DNA of 64,000 bases, taken from an uncultured Bacilli bacterium. GTDB taxonomy: Bacteria; Bacillota_I; Bacilli_A; RF39; UBA660. The stretch covers positions 17,120 through 81,119 of the forward strand of contig CANRPT010000002.1 in the NCBI GenBank assembly GCA_947632565.1, written 5' to 3'. Positions 32,739 to 41,233 of this stretch are shown here, piece after piece; position 1 is the stretch's first letter; every line of letters begins with the position of its first letter. Below the pieces are notes generated by a model, which had not been told where the DNA came from, did not search any database, and was given only the letters and a program-made list of their open reading frames with translations. A program made the position numbers and the translations under genes.

Positions 32739-34907
32739 AAAAAATGTTCCCTTCTTGATTCCGTACTTGATATACCAATACGGATCATTTTTAGTTTTTA
32801 AGTTAATAATAAGTTAATGCTCTCTACTGTTCGATTATTTTATAGTATTACAATAATGGTAATAGTGAATTCAATCACATAATCTACTAAGTATATTTGA
32901 TAATAAATGTTAATTTATTCGAAAATATCTTTTGATAAATTCTCTGATAAATTTTCTGATAATATGCTTTAACGTCCCGTTTCGACGGTTAAGATTCAAT
33001 TTTTTCGATGCTTAACGCACCCCTCACCGTTATTTTATATCGCTATTAGTTGCAATATAAAAGACACAGATCATCGACTAAGTAAGTCTACCTGGTATTT
33101 CCGTATTATCGAAATTCATAGAATTACGGTCGTTTATCTAACGTTACCAACTCATGAGCTCATTGCTTAAAGCATGACCCACTCATACCATGCATAGGAT
33201 TTGTTGTTTATAACTGCGCGAACACGAGGATTTCCACCTCTCATCGTCTCCTTGTTGCTTGATTGTTATTACGATCAAGTTAAATACTTCGTCCTTTAAT
33301 CTACCGAGACAGGGTGATAGACGACAGGTTATTAACGAATCAGCGTTCTCTTTACGTATATATTTGCGATATATACTTTATGAGTTTCTAATGTCAGCGA
33401 TAACGGTTGGCAGTCTGGGGGTGACTTATACTCCATACGGTCTGTCTTACAAATGACAATTTGCTACTTCTGTACTATCATTGGACTTCCCCAATTTCTA
33501 TGTGACTCATAGCCTTCCTACACTATGCAGTCTGATTAATAATATTAATTTATTCCCTTAGAACAGATTTAACTAGGCCGGTTCTATTCGGCATTAACTT
33601 TCAGATGCAGTAAAGTAACATCATCTGTTACAGTCCTACCTCTCTGGTTCCAGGGTTCTAAGCTGGAGCAGCTTGGCTCTTACTTGTTAATCTATTGTTT
33701 TTGACTACTACTAATATCTCCTACTCTGGAATGAGTGTGATAATCTAGTAATACACCTTTTACATATCTTGAAAGGTATAAGCTCTGCTGTTTTTTAGAA
33801 GGAGTACCAAGACTCTCCTTTGTTTATTATTTTATGTCATAATCGTACTTGCTAAAGGTACGTGACAACTAGAATCAGGGTTATTGCGCCCTCAAACCGC
33901 TTAGACATCTTTGTCTATTCATTCCTCATTCAATTATACTCACACGAACGAATAAGCACGTGAGTCACTTTAGACTTGAAAGACGGTATCAATCTCATAT
34001 ACCTCATCCCTTATACGTAAATTCTTTTGCGGCACGCTAGTTACGGTAGCGCACAGGATTGGCTCCTGCTCCCTGGTAATCAGTCGGATCATGGATCTGC
34101 ACGTAGCTTCACTCCCCGGATCATTGCATGTCCAGCCTTCATATCTTTACTTTGTATAAGTATGTACCATAACACGGTTATCCTTACATTAGTATCAGTA
34201 ATTACTCCCTTTATATTATGAACCAGTTATCATAAAAACACTAGAGTTAGCCTATTTTTCCAATCAGGACGTATAATTACGCTTTTGTATGAAGCGAGGT
34301 TGGAGCTCGCTTGTTGCGTTAGTCAGCCATAATATTATTCAATAATCCTTTTCCAAGGGATTATTCAAGAGCCCTTTGCTCTTGTTTCAGCATCGTGTTC
34401 ATATTCCTTCTTGAGTCACATCTTGATTGACGCATACGAATATAGAGATTTCGTTCTCTTTTTGAGGATTAAGGACTTTATCTTTTACAGTTTTATTTGT
34501 TTATTGCTGCGATTCAGTCTCCTCTTGTTTGAATTAATTTGTAACTAGGGTATCTTCTTGTTGCTCCTATATTACGGGTTCTTCACTATTAAATCACCAG
34601 ACGGTTCTCATATTAACAGCGCAGGCTATTCACCCTCTCCTGCTTTCTTATACCTTTTTCACCAGCATAAGTTATTATCCTACCTTTTGAGTATCTTACG
34701 GTGTTAGCCGCTACGAAGCATCTCATAACTACTTCTTACATATTCTCGGATTCTGTCTTTTTTCGGGCTATGTATAAATGAATACAAACTCCCTGACGCA
34801 GTAGTACTTAAAAACTTCCTCCTGTGACTGCCGGAGTGATTTACGCTACAGTTTTACTCCTCTCGAACTATGATATAATTATAGTATTTATATAGCGGTT
34901 ATTATCA
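32739..34907 (-). other. 2,169-nt ORF-free, hairpin-dense island (candidate large structured RNA or RNA array); strand assumed from flanking genes
   Basis: No minus-strand ORF of 60 aa or more. Sampled minus-strand frames contain TAA, TAG and TGA. Perfect hairpins at 34292-34312, 34341-34365 and 34366-34384. Looks G+C-enriched by eye. Confidence 0.45.
32897..32964. promoter_or_regulatory. Cluster of TGATAA(A/T) repeats upstream of gene 32091-32738
   Basis: tttgataataaatg (32897-), tgataaat (32933-40), ctgataaat (32944-52) and ctgataata (32956-64), with roughly 12-nt spacing. Confidence 0.4.
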
Positions 34908-35336
34908 TTAACTTTTTTCCGCTGAGGGTTTATCTTCCCCTACACTAAGTTGCTTCGGTTTTATACAGAAAATTTCTCCTGAAGATAAGTTAATATTTGC
35001 AACTATTTTCTTACCTCTGCATATATCTACTATGCCGTTTTTTATATCATTACTACTGATATAATCAACTGGATCCATTTGTCCTGGGTCAAAACCGTCC
35101 AAGCGAACACAAATCTCACTTACAGACGAACGTAAGTACTGCTCTACGAATAAGATATTCTCGCAACTAGCTTTAGCTTGTACCTGAATTAAGTTAGTAC
35201 TTTGTCCTTGCACAATAAAGTAGTTTGATTGGTCTATTACGAAATCTAAATTTCGTCTAGCTTCTTTAATGTTACGTATGATACGCGATAGACGTGCCAT
35301 ACTGTTTAACATAATGCAATTTTTCTTATTCATCAC
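34908..35336 (-). CDS. Hypothetical protein
   Basis: Intact 142-aa ORF. Confidence 0.55.
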   Translation of the reverse strand: MMNKKNCIMLNSMARLSRIIRNIKEARRNLDFVIDQSNYFIVQGQSTNLIQVQAKASCENILFVEQYLRSSVSEICVRLDGFDPGQMDPVDYISSNDIKNGIVDICRGKKIVANINLSSGEIFCIKPKQLSVGEDKPSAEKS

Positions 35337-35724
35337 TATTATTTTTAGTAAAAGGAGAAAGTGGTTTTACATCTTCTGGTAGGTTAGCTATACTACTTAC
35401 CTTTGGAAATCCTGTATTTACTTCTTTTACTTTGGTTCTGTATTTAACTATAGGTTTTATTTCTCCTGTAGTTGTTACATTTACAATTGCGTCCGTTGTT
35501 CCATTTACGGATACTTCGTGGGTACTAATATCTACTGATACATTAATTGTATCTATACCCGCGGACTTTTTCTCTTCTGTTTTAGAATGTGTCATAGACA
35601 TTAATTCTAAATATGAAGGAATAACAGGCTGAGCCTGTACTACTTCAGTAGTATTTACTAAATTCCAGCCAATATAAATACTTGCAAAGAACATTAGTAC
35701 TACTGATACGATTCTACTATTCAT
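35326..35724 (-). CDS. Hypothetical protein with N-terminal signal/TM segment
   Basis: N-terminus reads MNSRIVSVVLMFFASIYIGWNLV. Confidence 0.55.
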   Translation of the reverse strand: MNSRIVSVVLMFFASIYIGWNLVNTTEVVQAQPVIPSYLELMSMTHSKTEEKKSAGIDTINVSVDISTHEVSVNGTTDAIVNVTTTGEIKPIVKYRTKVKEVNTGFPKVSSIANLPEDVKPLSPFTKNNSDE

Positions 35725-35791
35725 TTTGATGATGATTTAGTGAATAACTTTCTAAAGGTAATAATTTGTTTCCAAACTTTAAGGATCCAGC

Positions 35792-37315
35792 TTAGCTTTT
35801 TTTTTCAACCTTATCCTCTTTTGGAGGAAACTCTCCTGTAGTAGGAGTAATTATGCCTTCTTCGTATTCTGCAAGACGATCCATAGGATCACGATACAGA
35901 TTAATAATCTGACCTATCTTCATACGAACTTCATCTTTAGATGGATGTTGTCCTTCTGGAAAATAGTTCTGACTTACGAGATCAAACTGCTTTTTTGCAA
36001 GTTTAAGTGCTTCTTGTTGTTCACTGTAGTCTTTATCTCCTGGTTTAGATGTTACACCGGCAGAAATAGTATTGAATAAATCATCAATATACTTTCTACC
36101 AACATTTCCAATTACTGCTTGAAGTGCTTTATCGTCAGTTGCCTTCAAATTTTCATCACTCTTAAGCTTATAACGGAAGTTTTCTTGCAACAATACCTTT
36201 AAAGTACTTGCGATCTGTTCTTCACTCCAACCACATGGTGCCATATGTTTATGTAGTAAGGAATGAGCGGAGACCGGAGAACCTTGTGCAGCAGTATATA
36301 AATACACTGTACGTCCAAGACCATTCATTAGCGGAACACTATTGATAATACGGAAGATCTCTTCAATCCACTCTGCTACAGTACGATTGTCAAGTTCAAT
36401 CTTCTTTTCCGCATTATCTTCTTTGTTAATACAGTATACACGATACCATTCAACTGTGTTAACAATATTAGTTGCGATATTGCGATCTTTACGCATAAGG
36501 TGATCTAGGACAGCAGCTAATTCTTCAAGAGAATTGATGTCCTTAGGATCAAGCGAGATAGGTTTTGCAGGAGCCTCAGCTTTGTTTTCCTTTAACTCAT
36601 CAGGAATTTTAGTATCCGGAGAATTGAAATCAATTGCTAATTGACCTTCATTCTCTTTTCCTGGAAGTGCTTTAGGTTCAGCTAAGGTAATACCAAGAGA
36701 GTCTGCAATGTCCTGCAATCGGAAGATCTGTTCAGCTGGTAGCTTACATACGAACTCACCAGCAGCAGATCGTTCTGCAAATTCATTCTTGATATCAATC
36801 ATTCCAAGCAACCACACTGCATCGATAGATCGAGCTGTATTTGCATATGATTCTGGACTTTGGTTCTTATACTCTTCATTATTAATGAATCGTTGATAAC
36901 CAACATATGCAAGCATTGCTTTCGCATCAGCAGAAGAGCGATTAGATCCAATAGGGATTCCATTTCCTATCGCTGGAATTTTACCAACTTTTTCTTCCAC
37001 TTCTGGAATTATTGTAGGAATCTTTGGACTCTTCTTTCCTTTATCAGCCGTTTGTTGGGTAGGCTTCTTTTCTTCCTTCTTCTCCTCTTTCTTAGTTTCT
37101 TTCTTAGAAACTTCCTGATTCTTTTCCTGTTTAGGGTTTGCTGCAGGTTTTGGAGCTGGTTTCTTCTCCTGGGTTGCTGAAGTATTATCAGCTACTTGCT
37201 GAGTATCCTCAGTTTTACTGTTCTCTGATTTAGCATCAGCTGATTTTTTGTCAGCTAGACTTACTTTTGCAGTTGCAACTTTTGCTGCATTTTCTCCTTT
37301 ATTTTTCTTTGACAT
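35792..37315 (-). CDS. Hypothetical protein with K/E/P-rich disordered N-terminus
   Basis: Intact 507-aa ORF. The start is preceded by the conserved 16-mer TTAAAACATTATCAAA. Confidence 0.65.
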   Translation of the reverse strand: MSKKNKGENAAKVATAKVSLADKKSADAKSENSKTEDTQQVADNTSATQEKKPAPKPAANPKQEKNQEVSKKETKKEEKKEEKKPTQQTADKGKKSPKIPTIIPEVEEKVGKIPAIGNGIPIGSNRSSADAKAMLAYVGYQRFINNEEYKNQSPESYANTARSIDAVWLLGMIDIKNEFAERSAAGEFVCKLPAEQIFRLQDIADSLGITLAEPKALPGKENEGQLAIDFNSPDTKIPDELKENKAEAPAKPISLDPKDINSLEELAAVLDHLMRKDRNIATNIVNTVEWYRVYCINKEDNAEKKIELDNRTVAEWIEEIFRIINSVPLMNGLGRTVYLYTAAQGSPVSAHSLLHKHMAPCGWSEEQIASTLKVLLQENFRYKLKSDENLKATDDKALQAVIGNVGRKYIDDLFNTISAGVTSKPGDKDYSEQQEALKLAKKQFDLVSQNYFPEGQHPSKDEVRMKIGQIINLYRDPMDRLAEYEEGIITPTTGEFPPKEDKVEKKS

Positions 37316-37374
37316 TTTGATAATGTTTTAAATTGTTAGTAAATAAGTTAATTTTAATAGTGTTTTTAGAGAGG

Positions 37375-37749
37375 TCAACTATCATCCTCTATATCAGGTG
37401 AATCTCGTCCCTTAGTGATATGATTGCTAACTAATATATCTGACATAAACGGTTCAGTAAATAATGCAATGTAACTCACAGCTCCTGAACGGCTAGTAGA
37501 ACCTTCTGTCACTGTTACTACGCACTGTGTGCATGCATCATTTCCGTTGTCAACAATATCAATTAGCTGAGTAATGGAAGCTGTTACTCCTGTCTTTTTG
37601 GACTGTTTTACAGCCTCTTTACTCAACATACCTACTAATAGACCAGCCATAATGGCAGACATAAATATCCACCACATTTTTGTACTACGAAAAATTCGAG
37701 TACATACAAATGCTACTATAAGTAGCACAATAATCCATGCTGCTGTCAT
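37375..37749 (-). CDS. Small membrane protein (two N-terminal TM helices); possible anti-sigma partner by position only
   Basis: AAWIIVLLIVAFVCTRIF and WWIFMSAIMAGLLVGML. Lies immediately downstream of the sigma factor gene. Confidence 0.5.
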   Translation of the reverse strand: MTAAWIIVLLIVAFVCTRIFRSTKMWWIFMSAIMAGLLVGMLSKEAVKQSKKTGVTASITQLIDIVDNGNDACTQCVVTVTEGSTSRSGAVSYIALFTEPFMSDILVSNHITKGRDSPDIEDDS

Positions 37750-37761
37750 AATTAGTAAATT

Positions 37762-38328
37762 TTAGTTATTGTTTAATAATTGTTTTAGTTTATCTCTAGC
37801 TTTATTAAGCTGAGACTTTACTTGAGACTCAGAAAGTCCCAATTGTTCAGAGATTTCTTTGTAAGACAAACCTTGAACAGTTCGTAGTTCAATTATATTT
37901 CTGTACTTAAATCGAAGTCGTGACAAGGCATTATCTAGAGCATCACTTGTCTCTGCAAAGACATAATCGTCTTCTGGAGAGTAACTGGCCTGGTTACTCA
38001 ATTGCAAAGAGTTGGCATCGTCGTCAATCCAATAGTTCGCTTTTTCTTTTTTCATACGCCTGATATAATCAATACTACTATTTATAGCTATAGTTTTTAA
38101 CCACATTTCAAATGAAATATTGTTAACATAACTATCTAGCTTACTAAAGGCTTTAATAAATGTAACAGATAATAAATCATCTGCTACATCTCTATTCTTT
38201 ACTATATTGTATATAGTAAGATATATAGTTCTTTCAAACCTATTATAAAGCCTTGTAAAGGCAGATTGTTTGCCTTCTCTCGCCTGTTTGATCAGTTCAA
38301 AAATCTGTTGTTTTTCTAAATCTGTCAT
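37762..38328 (-). CDS. ECF-type sigma-70 family RNA polymerase sigma factor
   Basis: Region 2-like AFTRLYNRFERTIYLTIYNIVKNRDVADDLLSVTFIKAF...WLKTIAINSSIDYIRR. Region 4 HTH GLSYKEISEQLGLSESQVKSQLNKARDKL. Confidence 0.8.
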   Translation of the reverse strand: MTDLEKQQIFELIKQAREGKQSAFTRLYNRFERTIYLTIYNIVKNRDVADDLLSVTFIKAFSKLDSYVNNISFEMWLKTIAINSSIDYIRRMKKEKANYWIDDDANSLQLSNQASYSPEDDYVFAETSDALDNALSRLRFKYRNIIELRTVQGLSYKEISEQLGLSESQVKSQLNKARDKLKQLLNNN

Positions 38329-38345
38329 AATTACGGGCTTTAGTA

Positions 38346-38373
38346 GGTATAAGTTCGATCAAAAACTTATACC
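38346..38373. other. Perfect 10-bp hairpin with 8-nt loop CGATCAAA
   Basis: GGTATAAGTT-cgatcaaa-AACTTATACC, in the leader region of the sigma factor gene. Confidence 0.5.
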
Positions 38374-38485
38374 TTTAGAGACAATAGGATTCGCGCGCAT
38401 CTCCTATTGGTATCAGGCAGCTCAAGCAATTACTATCTCGCGAGCACTTAAGGGAATCTCACCCACATCCTTTATCTCTTAGTGA

Positions 38486-38511
38486 ATATAGGGCTAATCA
38501 AAGCCCTATAT
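38486..38511. other. Perfect 9-bp hairpin with 8-nt loop TAATCAAA (possible terminator or stability element)
   Basis: ATATAGGGC-taatcaaa-GCCCTATAT, directly after the TAG stop of gene 38513-38896. Confidence 0.5.
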
Positions 38512-38512
38512 C

Positions 38513-38896
38513 CTAGAATGGTACACCTACAATCCAGCGGCAGTACCAATCTATATAGCTTTGATAGAATTGCTTATAAGAATCCCATATACACTCCATA
38601 AATTCTCTTTTTAAATCAGGAGATAGAGTATTAGGTGATATCTTATTAATCATTCCACAAACTATTCTTATTCTCACGTCTAAAGTAGATTTTTTTTCAC
38701 AGTTTATTTTACATAATACATTAGTATCGAACCAATATATTATATGATTAATTGGTTTAGTATCTCTGAAAGTTTTGTTCTTAACTTCTTTATCTCCAAG
38801 GTTAAGAAAAATTCTCCAGCTTTCTCTCCAATTAAACTTTTTGTACTGTGTTCCCCAAGGAGTATATGCTCGATTAGTTAAACTATATGCGACCAT
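38513..38896 (-). CDS. Hypothetical protein
   Basis: Intact 127-aa ORF ending in TAG. Confidence 0.55.
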   Translation of the reverse strand: MVAYSLTNRAYTPWGTQYKKFNWRESWRIFLNLGDKEVKNKTFRDTKPINHIIYWFDTNVLCKINCEKKSTLDVRIRIVCGMINKISPNTLSPDLKREFMECIWDSYKQFYQSYIDWYCRWIVGVPF

Positions 38897-39341
38897 GTTT
38901 CCTTAGTTTATTGATAATCTGTAACACAATAACGTGAGCTTGTGGTATAGACCATTCTGTTTTACTTACGATATACATTTTAGTTGCCCATATTCCTTTG
39001 CCAGGAGTACGAGCATCTTCAATATATCTTTGTGTGAAATCCTCAAATTGTTCATCAGTTATATCTGGCATTTTAACTCCACGAGTTGATTTACGACGAG
39101 AGGGTAGATCACAAACCTCTGAGTATTCATATTCAAAGAATATGAATTTATCAGGTTCTGTTAATACTGCTTGAATCTCATAAGATTCTTCAGTAACCAC
39201 ATGAAATAATCCTTTTTGAATAAGGTCATTCATTACTAACGCATTTGGTATACGTAGCATTGGAGCTTCACCAATAACATTTGCGAGAAGTTCAAAATCT
39301 TCTCCTATGATACGGTAAATTCCAGGATGATTTAGTTTCAT
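38883..39341 (-). CDS. Hypothetical protein
   Basis: Intact 152-aa ORF ending in TAG. Confidence 0.55.
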   Translation of the reverse strand: MKLNHPGIYRIIGEDFELLANVIGEAPMLRIPNALVMNDLIQKGLFHVVTEESYEIQAVLTEPDKFIFFEYEYSEVCDLPSRRKSTRGVKMPDITDEQFEDFTQRYIEDARTPGKGIWATKMYIVSKTEWSIPQAHVIVLQIINKLRKHGRI

Positions 39342-39523
39342 AGTTTATTCAATTCTTTTCTAAAGTTATCTACTACACCTGCTACTTCATATTGTTTAAG
39401 TTCAGGATATAATTTCATAATCTTGGCAATTGCCTCGATGTCTGAGCGGCAAGAGTTTAATAATTTGATAAACTCTGTTTTTTCATGTTTGGATTCAAAC
39501 CAAGCAAAATATCTTATCTGCAT
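39338..39523 (-). CDS. Hypothetical small protein
   Basis: 61-aa ORF with 4-nt overlap coupling to its neighbour. Confidence 0.45.
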   Translation of the reverse strand: MQIRYFAWFESKHEKTEFIKLLNSCRSDIEAIAKIMKLYPELKQYEVAGVVDNFRKELNKL

Positions 39524-39792
39524 GCTTCTATGTATTCTTTGATTTTATCATCTAATACCTTCCATTTATTTAAATCAATATCTGTTGCATCTACTAAATA
39601 GTATATTGCACAAGTTGATCTAAATACACTACGAATGTAGTTTATTCCCTCTTTATAATGATATTTATTCTTATAAATTCTGGGAACATTTGCATGTAGA
39701 CGAGTTATTAACTCTGTCTTCATCTTCAGTTCAGTTGCGGCTTTCTCCCAAGATTCTGGTAGATTAGCTCTAATAAAGTTCATTAATCCCAT
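39514..39792 (-). CDS. Hypothetical protein
   Basis: Intact 92-aa ORF. Confidence 0.5.
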   Translation of the reverse strand: MGLMNFIRANLPESWEKAATELKMKTELITRLHANVPRIYKNKYHYKEGINYIRSVFRSTCAIYYLVDATDIDLNKWKVLDDKIKEYIEACR

Positions 39793-39828
39793 TTCAAATT
39801 AATTTATTGATTAAACTTAATTTAATTG

Positions 39829-39908
39829 TAATAAGGAGCAGATTCGAACTGCTCTCCTCTAACTTCATCAGTGTTAGCGCTTCTAATTCCATATAAAGCT
39901 ACTTATTT
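39829..39908 (-). tRNA. tRNA, isotype unresolved (9-nt anticodon loop)
   Basis: Minus strand: AAATAAG-TA-GCTT-(13-nt D-loop with GG)-AAGC-G-CTAAC-ACTGATGAA-GTTAG-AGGAG-AGCAG-TTCGAAT-CTGCT-CCTTATT-A. The acceptor register is off by one at one end. Confidence 0.55.
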
Positions 39909-40261
39909 CCATTTAGTTTTATATCTATTAGATACTATGAGGCGACTGTCACTATTTCTAGTGCTAAAGTCTATTTCACAACCCCGTCATTAGTAACAGT
40001 TTCTCTTTAAATAAAGAGTTGTTAACTAGGATACTGCATGCTCCCCTAGGGATATATCACGCTACTAAGCGTGTATAATCCATTACATAACTTGTATTGC
40101 CAGTTATCTGCTTATTGACCTATTCTACTTCACATTGTTGCAATCAAAACCATAATACCCCGAATCTACCGTTCTAAGATTTAAGAACTTGGCGCACGGT
40201 AGAACACGATCAAATACCCTAGTTCTTTTCCTTAGTATTGCTTTGAAGCTCTAGGTGAGCG

Positions 40262-40286
40262 TGGAGTATGAGGGAGTCGAACCCTC
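40262..40286 (-). ncRNA. Orphan tRNA/tmRNA-like 3' module (T-arm plus 3' acceptor strand)
   Basis: Minus strand reads GAGGG-TTCGACT-CCCTC-ATACTCC-A. No complementary 5' acceptor strand found within about 500 nt. Confidence 0.35.
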
Positions 40287-40323
40287 GTCTTACAACTGAT
40301 TCATAGACCTAACAGTCAATTGT

Positions 40324-40353
40324 GGCTATGTAGGCGACCAAACCTACATAGCC
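40324..40353. other. Perfect 11-bp hairpin with 8-nt loop CGACCAAA
   Basis: GGCTATGTAGG-cgaccaaa-CCTACATAGCC. Its loop is related to those at 38346-38373 and 38486-38511. Confidence 0.5.
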
Positions 40354-40768
40354 TTTGGTCTTTTAAATTATTTTACTTATAAGTTTTGATAACTGATCAT
40401 TTATAGACTAGTACAGAAGTATTACTACTCAACATTTGCTATAATGTTTGCCGATTTGATATCATAAGAATGCTATTTGCATAATATACTCTTTGAGTAT
40501 AGATTCAATACTATATATTGCGCAATTATTATAATACATCCTCACGATCTTAGGCACTTGATCAGTGGCACGTTTTCTAGTCCAACTCCAGTATTGAATA
40601 GTTCTCACTATCGTACATTTGTTTGTTTCCTGTCAATTCAGGATGAAGCTGCTTATTATAGGATACCGATGTACATGGATCTCACCATTTGCTTTCAATC
40701 TTCTTCGGATTCTCTATAGAATTAATATCTCTATTATTCAAGTATCTTTCCTGGACCTTGTGTGGCTA

Positions 40769-41233
40769 TTATCTTCCGACGATTGCATCGTCATAACGCC
40801 AACTGTATCTTGCTTCCGGATACTGGTTGTCGAGTGCATTACAGGTTTCCTCATACCATTTGTCATTTTCACGCAATGCTTTTACTGCAATGTTTTTGGC
40901 TTCTGTTGCCTGTTTCTGGAACTCAGTAGTAGACAGAGTTGCATTTCCGGATTTGAGATCTTCTACCAGAGCAGTATACTTCTTTAAGTATTCTACTTTG
41001 ATATTTGCCTCTTTCTTTGTCTTTTTCATAGACAATACCATACGCTTGTGCGTATAATCAGCCTTGTTTACAATTGAAATTAACTCTTTCGTTAACTGCT
41101 CTTTCTTTGCTTCTGCAACCTTCTTTGCAGCTGCTTCTGCAATTTCAGCAGTTACTACTGCACCATTTTTGATAACATCCTCGATGTTTTCAGTAGACAG
41201 AACATCTGCTACTTTTACTTCTTCTTTTGCCAT
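40769..41233 (-). CDS. Hypothetical protein (helical, K/E/A-rich)
   Basis: Intact 154-aa ORF. The start is preceded by a variant of the conserved leader (TTAAACATTATCAAAAA). Confidence 0.6.
   Translation of the reverse strand: MAKEEVKVADVLSTENIEDVIKNGAVVTAEIAEAAAKKVAEAKKEQLTKELISIVNKADYTHKRMVLSMKKTKKEANIKVEYLKKYTALVEDLKSGNATLSTTEFQKQATEAKNIAVKALRENDKWYEETCNALDNQYPEARYSWRYDDAIVGR

Larger units (their letters stand above)
39909..40768 (-). other. 860-nt ORF-free structured island
   Basis: Only spurious plus-strand ORFs. Contains nested helix 40165-40171/40197-40203, an 11-bp hairpin at 40324-40353, and a T-arm/acceptor fragment at 40262-40286. Confidence 0.4.

Noticed and set aside
33259-34221. 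ORFs 33259-33456 and 34027-34221 inside the 2.17-kb island
   Set aside because: They are isolated, on the opposite strand from all neighbours, with no start context or motif. Their lengths are what chance allows in 2 kb.
32739-34907. Idea that the island is coding under another stop-codon reassignment
   Set aside because: Sample translations of the minus strand contain TAA, TAG and TGA in all three frames, including consecutive TAA-TAG-TGA. No single reassignment opens a frame.
38341-38420. CTCTAAA heptamer (minus strand, around 38375-38385) as a possible suppressor anticodon loop
   Set aside because: The flanking bases do not form an anticodon stem, and the surrounding hairpins do not make a cloverleaf.
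40262-40700. Phage-encoded tmRNA ending at 40262
   Set aside because: The 3' end resembles tmRNA, but I could not find the required 5' acceptor strand, a GGGG...UUCGAC-type 5' domain, or a tag reading frame. It is kept only as an orphan tRNA-like module.
40477-40987. Plus-strand ORFs 40477-40719 and 40619-40987
   Set aside because: They sit in a non-coding island, and the second runs antisense into gene 40769-41233. Their composition is hydrophobic and low-complexity.
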